Source of the DNA: a virus
DNA: 64,000 bases
IMG/VR virus record: IMGVR_UViG_3300020055_000012
Coordinates: 15,405-79,404 of that record
Direction: 5' to 3' (one strand)
Shown: piece by piece, positions 11,395 to 21,717 of the stretch
Layout of the letters: each line of letters opens with the position of its first letter
Position numbering within the stretch: position 1 is the stretch's first letter
Program-made: the position numbers and the translations under genes
Notes under the pieces: generated by a model
Told to the model about the DNA's origin: nothing
Databases searched by the model: none
Seen by the model: only the letters and a program-made list of their open reading frames with translations

Positions 11395-13443
11395 ATGGGA
11401 TATATTTTAAATGAGCCTAAAACATTTATAAATGTTAAGCTAACAGATGAAGGTAGGAGACAACTTTCTTTAGGAAGTCTTAACTTTACTAGCGCAGTTC
11501 TTTCTGATAGAGAGATAAACTACGGTATAGATAGAACTGAAAAATATGATATATCTAATAATAGAATAATATCACCAGTAGACACCGAACCTGGAATATC
11601 AATAAATTTTGACAATACTGACGCAATACCTTTGGAGGGAAATCAGTTAGTATCTGCAAAACAATTTGCAACAGGAGCAACTGGTAGTTATGGAATGTTT
11701 ACTGGCGTAACTATAAGTAGTGCAACAACTGCAATAGATACAACAAAAATATTAGGAAGCAATTTTAATACAATCACATATACTTCTTCACCTATGAGTG
11801 GAGGAACTTCTGTTGTATTAGATAACCCAGGAGGTTCATATTTTCCAAGTGCAGGAGATTTAGTTTTTATACCTTGGGAGCCAATACAAAATAGTGGAGC
11901 AACTTATACAAGTGCAGTAGTTCCATCTGGAAATCCTACAGTTTCTTTATGGTATAGAGTTACTGCAACAAGCGGTTCTGACACAATGTTTTTAGATAGA
12001 CCTACTCCTGATTTTGCTTCAGAAGCTAATGCTCAAACTATAAATGCATATTTTTATCCATATAATGGAGTAGAAACTTATTATGGAACTGGTTCAACTG
12101 TTGACCCTCAAGTTTGGAATATGAACATAGTTAGAACTCAAAGCATAGAAGGTACTCCAATTTCAGCTAGTGGCTATACTTCATATGGCTCTATAGAATA
12201 TAATGGAACTAAAGCTTATTTAGGTTTTGGTGGAAATATAAATGCTGTTGGAGTGTTACATTATACAAATGAGTTTACTGGAAATACTTATGCAGAACAG
12301 TTTGTTGAAAAGTCAGTAAGAGTTGACTTGCCTTATATTATGTGGCACAATTCAGCTCAAAATAATGGAGGAGGTTTAAGTTTTGGGGTAACTCTTTATG
12401 ACGTTCAGGGGGTAACTACAAACGATGTAATATCAAATAGTACATATAGAGACTTAAGAGATGGGGTGTCAAGTACTAGTAAAATAGTTGGTAGAGTTTA
12501 TCATAAATTGAAATTAATAGTTATAACAGATGCTGAACTTTTAACAGCTATGTCATATAAGTCAAATAGAAACTATACTTTACCTGAATTAAATTTAAAT
12601 CTATCATCAACTCCAAAGTTTCCGCTTACAACAACACAAGCAAGTGGTTTATGTAAGTCTGGTAAAACTTATTTTGTTACTTATATAACTGAAAGTAATT
12701 CAACATATTCTTCAGGTTCTACATTTGGATATCCTCAATCTTTACATTGTGGATACATACAGCAGATAGATGGAGAAACTGATGATAATGGAAATAATCA
12801 ATATTTAACAGCAACTTTTCCAACTAACTCATTTCCATATTTAAGAAGTAGCTCAAACATGGATGCTTCATCTTCTTTGTCTGGAACTGGTTGGAATGCA
12901 AATAAAGTACAATTATTAGTAAGCGAACAAGATTTAGGAACAGACACTGAAGTTGTAACTTTAGAAGATGTTGCCCCAACAGAATGGAAGTTAATTTCAT
13001 CTTCTGTTGGAAATGGAATATATACAGGAGATACTACAGATTTAACAATAGAGCCAAATAAATTAAATGGTTATCAATTTATAATATCTCAAGAAGACTA
13101 CGATAGTGGTACTACATATGTGTTAGATAGTGTTTTTACAACAAATGATGACAAAAGTTTAACAGGTCTTACGTTTGGGTGTGAATCATTTCTTTTTGGA
13201 AATGTAAAAGCAGATGCTTTATCTACAACTTACAAAACTGTAATAACAACATTTGCTAAAAATGATTCTTTCAATAGCTCAAACAATTCTACATATGATG
13301 CTAACTTAGACGATAATACTTATATAACAGAAGTTGGAATATTAGACAATGCTGGTAATTTAGTAGCTGCTGGCAAACCTACTTATCCAATAATAAAAAA
13401 TGAAGGAAGATTTTTAACCTTCCAATTACAAATAGACTTTTAA
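11395..13443 (+). CDS. Virion structural (tail/baseplate-associated) protein
   Basis: N-terminal KLTDEGR and C-terminal YITEVGILDNAGNLVAAGK, typical of the tail-collar/fibre attachment fold. Confidence 0.6.
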   Translation: MGYILNEPKTFINVKLTDEGRRQLSLGSLNFTSAVLSDREINYGIDRTEKYDISNNRIISPVDTEPGISINFDNTDAIPLEGNQLVSAKQFATGATGSYGMFTGVTISSATTAIDTTKILGSNFNTITYTSSPMSGGTSVVLDNPGGSYFPSAGDLVFIPWEPIQNSGATYTSAVVPSGNPTVSLWYRVTATSGSDTMFLDRPTPDFASEANAQTINAYFYPYNGVETYYGTGSTVDPQVWNMNIVRTQSIEGTPISASGYTSYGSIEYNGTKAYLGFGGNINAVGVLHYTNEFTGNTYAEQFVEKSVRVDLPYIMWHNSAQNNGGGLSFGVTLYDVQGVTTNDVISNSTYRDLRDGVSSTSKIVGRVYHKLKLIVITDAELLTAMSYKSNRNYTLPELNLNLSSTPKFPLTTTQASGLCKSGKTYFVTYITESNSTYSSGSTFGYPQSLHCGYIQQIDGETDDNGNNQYLTATFPTNSFPYLRSSSNMDASSSLSGTGWNANKVQLLVSEQDLGTDTEVVTLEDVAPTEWKLISSSVGNGIYTGDTTDLTIEPNKLNGYQFIISQEDYDSGTTYVLDSVFTTNDDKSLTGLTFGCESFLFGNVKADALSTTYKTVITTFAKNDSFNSSNNSTYDANLDDNTYITEVGILDNAGNLVAAGKPTYPIIKNEGRFLTFQLQIDF

Positions 13444-13460
13444 AATAATAAATTAATAAA

Positions 13461-14186
13461 ATGGGAGCAATAACATCAGCAACTACAGTTTACGCAACAG
13501 CTTACCTAACAGAGTTAGGAAGAAAATACTTATTTCAAGACCAAAACAACCCTAGGTTTGTTGAGTTGTCTGACGGAACTCAAGTGGACAGATTAAAAGT
13601 AGAAAGGTTTTCTTTAGGAGACCCAGATGTAAACTATAAATTACCAGATTTGCCACAATCTGGAGATATTCCTGATTTGTCTGGTGAAAATGAAGGAAAT
13701 ATAACTGGTGCTAAAGGTAGAACTTTAACAAACTTAATAAGCCCAGGAGATGCGGTTTTAGGTAATGAGTTTGAAACTTTAGAATATACAACTAGTCAAA
13801 GAGATATAGTTGTTGATTTAAATAAAGATTTATCTAAATTACAAACAGTTATAACACAAGAACTTATAACTTTAATTGATAATGAACCTACTTTAGAAGC
13901 TATGTATGACGTTCTTCCAAAAGTGTTTGGGAATTTAGTAATGAAAGATAATGAGTTTGTTATAAATCTTTCAGAACCAGAAGGAGGAAATCCTGGATAT
14001 AGGATGAGAATAATCTATCCAAGCATAGAAGAAGATAGTAATATAGTTACTATACAGTTTGAAACTGCTACTGCAAAAACAGTAAAAAGGAAAGATTTTG
14101 AAATGATTTCTAAAAAGATTTCTCCTACCAAGTTTGGAGCTAAAACAGTACCAGACCCAAATAACTTATCAGATTTAACAATTTAA
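13461..14186 (+). CDS. Virion structural protein
   Basis: AYLTELGRKYL...FSLGDPDVNY motif, related to the N-terminus of the upstream gene. Confidence 0.5.
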   Translation: MGAITSATTVYATAYLTELGRKYLFQDQNNPRFVELSDGTQVDRLKVERFSLGDPDVNYKLPDLPQSGDIPDLSGENEGNITGAKGRTLTNLISPGDAVLGNEFETLEYTTSQRDIVVDLNKDLSKLQTVITQELITLIDNEPTLEAMYDVLPKVFGNLVMKDNEFVINLSEPEGGNPGYRMRIIYPSIEEDSNIVTIQFETATAKTVKRKDFEMISKKISPTKFGAKTVPDPNNLSDLTI

Positions 14187-14198
14187 AAAAATAAAATT

Positions 14199-14615
14199 AT
14201 GTCAAAAAATGTATCACCACCAAGAAAAGTAGCACAAGACTTTAGTCCTACACCTAGAACTAAAAGATTAGGGCCTATACCTGCTTTAAATGATAAGCCA
14301 CCAGTGGAACAAGTTGTTTATGATGCAAATCAAAATGTTGTTTATAATGATTGGACAGTAATGAGCAACTTTGACGAAGGACTAAGACAAGCTCTTATAA
14401 ATTGGATAGACACAACAAAAGAAGGAAAAGTAGTTACAAGTACGACTGGCTCAACAAGAAGTAAAACTATTAACTTCCAATTTTATGGAAATCCATCTAG
14501 AGACATGATAGGAAATGGAGATTTAGGAACTTTCTCATTAAATTTTAAATATACTAGAAGCATTATTAGACCTCTAGCATCAAGACCTGGGGCCGTTCCT
14601 CTTGTAACAAGATAA
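14199..14615 (+). CDS. Hypothetical protein
   Basis: ORF inside the structural operon. Confidence 0.5.
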   Translation: MSKNVSPPRKVAQDFSPTPRTKRLGPIPALNDKPPVEQVVYDANQNVVYNDWTVMSNFDEGLRQALINWIDTTKEGKVVTSTTGSTRSKTINFQFYGNPSRDMIGNGDLGTFSLNFKYTRSIIRPLASRPGAVPLVTR

Positions 14616-14638
14616 ATAAATAATTAAATAATAAAAAA

Positions 14639-15793
14639 ATGATTGCAGATTCTAGATTCACAAAAAAAGTAGACTCATATGTAGCTCTTCAACGAGAAAG
14701 TTCTCGAATAAAAGCTATGTCAGAGACTGAATTGGTATACACATTATGTGACAGAGATGATTTAACTAATAATAAAGGGAATTATTTTATGTCCTTTAAT
14801 TTGCCATATAAGACATCAGCACTTCCGACAACTAGTGATATGTCTAAAATATTCCCAGAAATTCAACAGTTAAACGTTGACCAAATTATAATAACTCCTA
14901 TACCAGCTAGTGAATATAGTGAGTTTATAGACGGTCAAACTATTAATTTTAGAGTTCCTGTTAGTGGAAGTACAAATCCTAATGCTCTATCAGGAGTTAC
15001 ATTAATATCTAGTACTTATAGTGCTGAGAAAGCTTTAAAGTCTGAATCAAACATTCTTATAGGAGACAATGTAGTATTTTTATTCTCTGATGATATTAAC
15101 AAGCCATATACTGGTAAAACTAGAAATGAATTAGATGAAGCAATAGATAATTCAACTAACACATCTTGGGACCCTACTGGAGAATATAAAGATAGACCTG
15201 GGGCTGTTTCTTATACAGAAATAAGAGATTTTTATAACACCGACCAAAGAGCCAGTGCAAATTATGCAGTTACTGTTGATGCTGGTTATCCTGACAATAG
15301 AAGTGGTTACAATTATGATATACCTTGTGGTTTTGCAGTTTTAGATAAAGGATATGTTGTTATAACTCACCCTCAAATTGTAAATAATTTTCCTTGGACT
15401 TCTGGCTTTACGGCAGACGGTTCAGCTTATGTTGATGATTTTAATGTAGGTAGTAAAACAAAAATACATTTTACTGGGAGTAATTTATCTGATTTAACTT
15501 CTGAAGGCTCTTTGTTGTCTTTTAAAGATATAGATACATCATTTAAAATGACTTCAGTTTGCTTAGCTTTACCACAAGAATTTTATATATCTAACAATAA
15601 AACTTGGGATTCCGATAAAGCTTTAGCTCAAATAGAAAGTGAAGAAGGTTTTGTCAATTTTGATTCTATATATGTAACGGAAGTTGGATTATATAATCCG
15701 TTTGGAGAATTGATAGCTGTGGCAAAATTAAGTGAACCAGTTGAGAAAAACTATGTTAATGCCATAACTTTTGAAATAAACTTAGAAATGTAG
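14639..15793 (+). CDS. Virion structural (tail-associated) protein
   Basis: C-terminal IYVTEVGLYNPFGELIAVAKLSEPVEK motif. Confidence 0.6.
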   Translation: MIADSRFTKKVDSYVALQRESSRIKAMSETELVYTLCDRDDLTNNKGNYFMSFNLPYKTSALPTTSDMSKIFPEIQQLNVDQIIITPIPASEYSEFIDGQTINFRVPVSGSTNPNALSGVTLISSTYSAEKALKSESNILIGDNVVFLFSDDINKPYTGKTRNELDEAIDNSTNTSWDPTGEYKDRPGAVSYTEIRDFYNTDQRASANYAVTVDAGYPDNRSGYNYDIPCGFAVLDKGYVVITHPQIVNNFPWTSGFTADGSAYVDDFNVGSKTKIHFTGSNLSDLTSEGSLLSFKDIDTSFKMTSVCLALPQEFYISNNKTWDSDKALAQIESEEGFVNFDSIYVTEVGLYNPFGELIAVAKLSEPVEKNYVNAITFEINLEM

Positions 15794-15814
15794 AAGTTAT
15801 AAATTGTAATGTTT

Positions 15815-15842
15815 AAAGCCCGAATTATTTTCGGGCTTTTTT
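15815..15842 (+). terminator. Intrinsic terminator
   Basis: AAAGCCCGA-loop-TCGGGCTTT followed by T tract. Confidence 0.8.
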
Positions 15843-15884
15843 ATTTACTTTTTTTTACAAAAATGTATTTTAAAAAATAAAAAA

Positions 15885-16457
15885 ATGACATTAGGATTAG
15901 ACATATCAACAACAGTAGTAGGAATAGCTTTATTTAATAGTGAAGATAAAATTTGCAATCTTGAATATATAAAATTTAAACAAAAAACAACTTTATTTGA
16001 AAGGTTAGATGATTTTATAAATCATATTGACAAATTAAGTGAAGCTCTTAATTTAGAAGATGGAGAAAGTAAAATAAAACACATATCTATAGAAGAGCCT
16101 TTAAAAAAGTTTAAAGGAAAATTTTCTAATGCAGACACTATTCAAAAGTTAACAATGATGAACGCTATGATTAGTGGATATATGTATAAAAAGTTTAATG
16201 TAGAGCCAAGATATTACAATGTAAATACAGCAAGAAAAATGGTATTTCCTAGTTTAGTAATACCTCAAAGCGCTCCAAATAAAAAATATATGATTTGGGA
16301 GAAGGTGGTTGAAAGAGAGCCTCAAATTAATTGGAAATATTCAAAAAGAACTCACAAATTAATTCAGGAAAATTTTGATATGACAGATGCTTACGTTTGT
16401 GGTTTGTGCGATATTATAACAAGAAGAACAACTGAAAAAAATACTTCTAAAAATTAA
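15885..16457 (+). CDS. RuvC-like Holliday junction resolvase
   Basis: LGLDISTT, ISIEE and DMTDA acidic catalytic motifs. Confidence 0.75.
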   Translation: MTLGLDISTTVVGIALFNSEDKICNLEYIKFKQKTTLFERLDDFINHIDKLSEALNLEDGESKIKHISIEEPLKKFKGKFSNADTIQKLTMMNAMISGYMYKKFNVEPRYYNVNTARKMVFPSLVIPQSAPNKKYMIWEKVVEREPQINWKYSKRTHKLIQENFDMTDAYVCGLCDIITRRTTEKNTSKN

Positions 16458-16545
16458 TATTAACAATTAGTCATTTGTTTTAACAATTACTTGTAGATTG
16501 TTTCTTATTTATTTATATTTGTATACTAAATGCAATATGCAATAA

Positions 16546-17616
16546 GTGAATAATACTTCTCAAATAATTTTAAACATCTTAACTAAGGTTTTAGGAAGCC
16601 CCAAAAAAGAGGGTGAAAATCTTAAAGAGTACGAATTTAATTGTAAATCAAAAATTTGTAGACAAGATAGCGATAAGTACAATCTTGCTTATAATTCTAA
16701 AAACAATATATTTCATTGTTGGAAATGTAAATATAGTGGAACAGTACATAAAATAGCTGAAGACTATGGCAATAATGAAGATTTAGAAAGAATAAACTCA
16801 GTACTCCCTAAAAAGTCTTATAAAAAATCAAACAATAAACCTAAAGAGTATAACGAGCTAATAACCTGTAGTTTACCAGAAGGATTCAAACCTTTAACGA
16901 AAAAAAGCAATAGTAAATATTACAAATCTGCTGTAATGTATGCAACAGGAAATAAAAAAGGTCAAAGAGGCTTAACTTGGGATTTAATAAAAAAATATAA
17001 TATAGGTTATACTGAAAATACAGGAAACAGAAAGTATAGAATTATTTTCCCTTCATACAATGAGCATGGAAAAGTAAACTATTATGTTGGTCGTTCTTAT
17101 TATGATTTCATCAAACCTAATTATATGGGACCTCCAAAAGAAGAAGTGGCTAGAACAGAAATTATATTCAACTCTAAAAACATTAATTTCGATTTGCCAG
17201 TTATATTAGTTGAAGGAGTTTTTGATATGATTCATCTTTATAATGCGATTCCAATGTTGGGGAAAGTTCCTTCAGAATTTATAATTAACAAGTTGAAAGA
17301 ACATAATACTAGAGTTATATTGTGTTTAGATGAAGATGCTTTATATGATAGTATTTCTTTATACAATCAATTAACATCTTATGGTTTAGATGTTTATTTT
17401 GTTGAAATAAAAGATGATATAGATGAGTTTGTTAAATCTAATGGAAAAGAAGCTACAATAGAACTTTTAAAAACTTGTAGAAAAATTGATTTTCAATATA
17501 TTTTTAAAAAATTAGCTCTCAAAGAAAAAAACAATAAAAATCATTATTTAGATGAGAAAAAGTTGAAGTCTGATTGGGAGCAGATGAAAAAAGAAATTTT
17601 AAAAGACCAAAACTAG
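16546..17616 (+). CDS. DNA primase (Zn-binding + TOPRIM)
   Basis: FHCWKC zinc finger, IIFP...YYVGR, VEGVFD, LDEDA. Confidence 0.85.
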   Translation: MNNTSQIILNILTKVLGSPKKEGENLKEYEFNCKSKICRQDSDKYNLAYNSKNNIFHCWKCKYSGTVHKIAEDYGNNEDLERINSVLPKKSYKKSNNKPKEYNELITCSLPEGFKPLTKKSNSKYYKSAVMYATGNKKGQRGLTWDLIKKYNIGYTENTGNRKYRIIFPSYNEHGKVNYYVGRSYYDFIKPNYMGPPKEEVARTEIIFNSKNINFDLPVILVEGVFDMIHLYNAIPMLGKVPSEFIINKLKEHNTRVILCLDEDALYDSISLYNQLTSYGLDVYFVEIKDDIDEFVKSNGKEATIELLKTCRKIDFQYIFKKLALKEKNNKNHYLDEKKLKSDWEQMKKEILKDQN

Positions 17617-17626
17617 TAAGTTAGGA

Positions 17627-20600
17627 ATGGATAGTAATATTAAAATAAATATAAAAAATAGTATAGCACACATATCTGATATTCATGTTAGATATGGAAG
17701 CAGACACGAAGAGTATAGACAGGTGTTTAGCAAGACTATTGATAAATTAAAAATTCAAAAACCTAGAAGAATTGTTTTAACTGGAGATTTGTTTCACATA
17801 AAAATTACACTTTCTCCAAATGCTGTTATTTTAGCTGGTGAATTTATAGAAGAACTTTCTCAAATAGCTCCTGTAGATATTTTGTTAGGAAATCATGATT
17901 TAAATTTACAATCCTTATCTCAAGGAAATGCTGTAGACCCGATTATAAAACTTCTAAAAAATGGATATTATATAACTAAAGAAAACTCCAAAATACCAGA
18001 ACATAAAGGAGAAAATTTTGGAATATACTTCTTTAAAGAAAGTGGGTTTTATGAAATAGAAGAAGATTTAGTTTATGGTATATATTCGTGTTTAGACAAT
18101 GAAATAATATCCCTAACAAAGAAAGAGCCTAACAAAAAATATATAGCATTATATCACGGACCAGTATATGGTTGTAGAGGAGATAATGGGCATGAACTAA
18201 AAGGAGAAGAGTTAATGCGCTTATCTGTATTTAACAATTTTGATATAGTACTGCTTGGAGATATACATGAACATCAAGCATTTTGTCCAAAAAATACAAA
18301 CAAAGAATCTATAGCTTACAGTGGAAGTTTAATTCAGCAAGGTTTTGGTGAATCAATGAATAAAGGTTATTTGATTTGGGATTTAGATAAATGTTCTTTT
18401 ACTAAAATAGACGTACCAAATGATTATGGATTCTCTAAATTAAATATATCTAGAGGTGAATTAATAGAAGAAAGAATAAATGACCTAATATTATCTAATG
18501 ACCCCACAAAAACAAAGGTTGAAGTTTCTTGGGAATGCTTTGAAGAAGAATACTCTGTAGAAAAAGAAAGGCAAATAGAAAAGTTAATAAAATCTAAATA
18601 TGGATGTCAAACAATATCAGTAGATAGTAATTATTTGGATAAAACCGAGGAAATTGAAGGTATAGAGATAGATGAATCAATTGATTATTCAAACACAGAA
18701 GAGTTTGAAGGTTTATTAAAAGAGTTTGTAGATAATAGTGAGTATGAGAATGAAGATGAAGTTATCGAATTGTCTAGAAATATAGATAAAGAATTAAATT
18801 ATATATCTGTTAAAGGTAAAAAATGGTATTTAGATAAATTGGTTGTGTGGAACTTATTTTCTTTTCAAGAAAATCCTGTAACTTTTGATTTTAATAAATT
18901 AACTGGGATAACTGGGATTTTTGGTAAAAACTTTAATGGAAAAACTAATTTAATTAGAGCATTCATTTGGATAGCCTATAGAAAAATACTAGGAGATGGA
19001 GAACCTTATAGACTAGTTAATATGTACACCAAAAATAACAAAGCTGGTGGTCGAATATATTTGACAATAGACTCTCAAAAGTATTATATAGAAAGAACGG
19101 TAAAAGTAAGGACAAAAAAAGATGGAACTCCTGACGTTTCTTATGGAGTAGAATATAAAAAACAAGTTACATCAGAAGAAGGAGAAATTTTATGGGAAAA
19201 TGTAGATTCAGAAAAAGCTGCAACTGAAAAAAAAGAAAGAAGCAATATTATAGTTGAATCAATAGGGACTTTTGAAGATTTTACTAAGACAGTTTTGCAA
19301 GCTCAAGGAGGAGCTGGCAATTTCTTAGAAATGAGTCAGCAGCCTAAAAACGATTTAATAAATAAGTATCTAGGATTAGAAATTTTCAGAGATAGATATG
19401 ATTACGCTAAAAAAGTTTTTAACGATATAAAATCAAAACAAAAAGCTTTAGGAAACCCAAAAGATATAGAGGAAGACATAAAGAGTCAAGAAAAAGAAAT
19501 TAAAGAACACTCTAAATTAATTGAAGATTTTAAAAAAGAAAAAATAGAAGTAGAGAAGGAAGTAGATAATCACCAAAATAAAGTTATAGAACTGACTAAA
19601 AAACTTATAAAAGTAGAAGAAACTACCTACAAAACAGAAGAGTCTGCTAAGTCTAAAATTGATTCTCTTAAAGTTGTAAATAATTCTACAGAACAAAGTA
19701 TATCTAAATTAGAAGTTTGGGTTTCTGAAAACTTTAAGAAAGAATTACCAGAAAATTCTAATTTAAGTACAAAAAATATAGAAGATTCTTTAAATTCTGA
19801 AAGAAAACTGTTTGAAAACGAAAAAAAAGAGTATGTTTCATTAGATAAATGGATAAAAAGCAACTCAAAAAAGGAAGAAAGCGATACAGAGCCTATAAAT
19901 CAAACAATATCTAAAATTGAAACTGCAATAAAAGGTCTAAATGATAAGCTTTTAATTTCAAAAGGCAAAAAATGTCCTACATGTGGAAATGTAGAGCAAA
20001 AAGCCGACCCAGAACTTGAAAATCAGTGTAAAAAAGACATAGAAAGAGGTAATGTTGCACTAAAAGCTCAAAAAGAGTTGTTAACTATTGCAAAAAATGC
20101 ACAAGTTCACAATAACTTATATGACAAACAGGAAATAAAGCTAGGTTCTTTAAAAAACTCTCTTCAGTCAAGAAAAAATACTATAGATGAACTAAAAAAT
20201 AGCTTAGAATTATCTAAAAACGTAGAAAAAATCAAAAAACACAACTCTTTAGTTGTGGAAAACAGCAAAAAACTAGAAAGTTTAAGAAAGCTTTTGTTGT
20301 CAAATGGTTCAGAAATAGAAAATATAGAAAAAGAAATTAAAATTCTAGAATCAAATAAAAATTCTATTGAAAAAAATAAAGAAATTAATGAAGAAATAAA
20401 AGGTTATAATTTTGAAATAAAAGGTTGTAAATTAAGGTTAAACCAATTGAACGAAAAGATAACAGAATCAAAAAGTACAATAAAAGTATCAGAAAATAAC
20501 ATAGAAAATTTTACAAATAAGCTAAATTCAATAAGAAATGCAGAAAAAGCTTATAGTAAGTACGCAATATATTTACAAGCAGTTCATAGAGATGGGATAC

Positions 20601-21088
20601 CAGCTAGAATAATAAGAAAAAAACTTCCTATAATAAATCAAAAAATAAATAACATATTAAAAAGTTTAGTTGATTTCAAGATAGAACTTATAATAAGGTC
20701 AAATGGAGATATAAAAGAGTTCTTTTATTTTAATTCTATGGAAAAGGATGGAATAACAATGTCTATGGCTTCAGGTGCTCAAAAATTTATTGGAAGTGTT
20801 GCAATTAGAGATTCTTTACATTTTGTAAGTTCTTTAACAAAGCCCTCTTTATGCATAATAGATGAAGGTTTTGGGTCTTTAGATGAAGATTTAGCAATCG
20901 CTATGGATTCTGTTTTCTCTTACTTAAAAAACAAATATAGAAATACCTGGATTATAACTCATAAAAATGAAATAAAAGATTTTGTAGACAATATAATCCA
21001 AGTTCAAAAAAGTCAATCTGGATTAAGTGAAGAAGATTTAGAAGAAAACCCTAAAGCTGGAGTTTCTGTTTTTGATATAGTTACTTAA
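17627..21088 (+). CDS. Fused SbcD-SbcC (Mre11-Rad50-like) nuclease/ATPase
   Basis: Phosphoesterase motifs SDIH, GDLFH, GNHD, GDIH; Walker A GKNFNGKT; CPTC hook within coiled coil; SGAQ signature; IIDEGFGSLD. Confidence 0.9.
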   Translation: MDSNIKINIKNSIAHISDIHVRYGSRHEEYRQVFSKTIDKLKIQKPRRIVLTGDLFHIKITLSPNAVILAGEFIEELSQIAPVDILLGNHDLNLQSLSQGNAVDPIIKLLKNGYYITKENSKIPEHKGENFGIYFFKESGFYEIEEDLVYGIYSCLDNEIISLTKKEPNKKYIALYHGPVYGCRGDNGHELKGEELMRLSVFNNFDIVLLGDIHEHQAFCPKNTNKESIAYSGSLIQQGFGESMNKGYLIWDLDKCSFTKIDVPNDYGFSKLNISRGELIEERINDLILSNDPTKTKVEVSWECFEEEYSVEKERQIEKLIKSKYGCQTISVDSNYLDKTEEIEGIEIDESIDYSNTEEFEGLLKEFVDNSEYENEDEVIELSRNIDKELNYISVKGKKWYLDKLVVWNLFSFQENPVTFDFNKLTGITGIFGKNFNGKTNLIRAFIWIAYRKILGDGEPYRLVNMYTKNNKAGGRIYLTIDSQKYYIERTVKVRTKKDGTPDVSYGVEYKKQVTSEEGEILWENVDSEKAATEKKERSNIIVESIGTFEDFTKTVLQAQGGAGNFLEMSQQPKNDLINKYLGLEIFRDRYDYAKKVFNDIKSKQKALGNPKDIEEDIKSQEKEIKEHSKLIEDFKKEKIEVEKEVDNHQNKVIELTKKLIKVEETTYKTEESAKSKIDSLKVVNNSTEQSISKLEVWVSENFKKELPENSNLSTKNIEDSLNSERKLFENEKKEYVSLDKWIKSNSKKEESDTEPINQTISKIETAIKGLNDKLLISKGKKCPTCGNVEQKADPELENQCKKDIERGNVALKAQKELLTIAKNAQVHNNLYDKQEIKLGSLKNSLQSRKNTIDELKNSLELSKNVEKIKKHNSLVVENSKKLESLRKLLLSNGSEIENIEKEIKILESNKNSIEKNKEINEEIKGYNFEIKGCKLRLNQLNEKITESKSTIKVSENNIENFTNKLNSIRNAEKAYSKYAIYLQAVHRDGIPARIIRKKLPIINQKINNILKSLVDFKIELIIRSNGDIKEFFYFNSMEKDGITMSMASGAQKFIGSVAIRDSLHFVSSLTKPSLCIIDEGFGSLDEDLAIAMDSVFSYLKNKYRNTWIITHKNEIKDFVDNIIQVQKSQSGLSEEDLEENPKAGVSVFDIVT

Positions 21089-21089
21089 G

Positions 21090-21716
21090 TTATTGTTCTT
21101 CGCTATCTTCTGTTCCAATCCTAGTTTCTGGATTTTGTATAGGTTGTTCTAAAGGTCTTTCGTTTGAATCTCTAAATCTTTTTAGTTGAGATTGCCTTTC
21201 TCCTTCTTCTTTTTGTTTTCTAAACAAGTCTTCTTGAAACTTTTTGACTTTAGATAGGTCAGTAGAAACTTCTACTGTTAACATACCTTTATCGTTAGGG
21301 CTATATCCATTTAGTGGGCCTTGAAAAAAGTTACCAGTAAGCCACATTCCTTTTATGTTATCTTCTTTGAATAGTCTCCAAACATTTTTAGCTTCAGCAC
21401 TACGAACACCAGTTTCTTGCGCTTTAGATTCTGATTGTCCAACTTTATGTATCGCTCTAATGACACGATTTCCAGCTTTTGAAATTCCCATAGCAACAGG
21501 ATATATAAGTCTATATTTTCCAGAAGGAGCTTTCATTTCATCTCCTTTGTATAGAATTCCAACTTCTCTTCCTTCTATTATAGCTTGAGTCATTAAATCT
21601 ATATTAAAAGAAGTTCTAGAATCGCTAAGAGCAAAAGCAGTATTGTTATCTACTTCTTCGACTATAATACCAGCCAACTTTTTTATTCTATTTTTATAAG
21701 ACTCAGAAAGTAACAA
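21090..21716 (-). CDS. WYL-like domain protein with LSESYKNRIKKLAGI motif (start probably TTG at 21716)
   Basis: RLIYPVAMG...RAIH...WRLFK resembles WYL; the longer ORF-track start overlaps the upstream gene. Confidence 0.45.
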   Translation of the reverse strand: MLLSESYKNRIKKLAGIIVEEVDNNTAFALSDSRTSFNIDLMTQAIIEGREVGILYKGDEMKAPSGKYRLIYPVAMGISKAGNRVIRAIHKVGQSESKAQETGVRSAEAKNVWRLFKEDNIKGMWLTGNFFQGPLNGYSPNDKGMLTVEVSTDLSKVKKFQEDLFRKQKEEGERQSQLKRFRDSNERPLEQPIQNPETRIGTEDSEEQ

Positions 21717-21717
21717 A

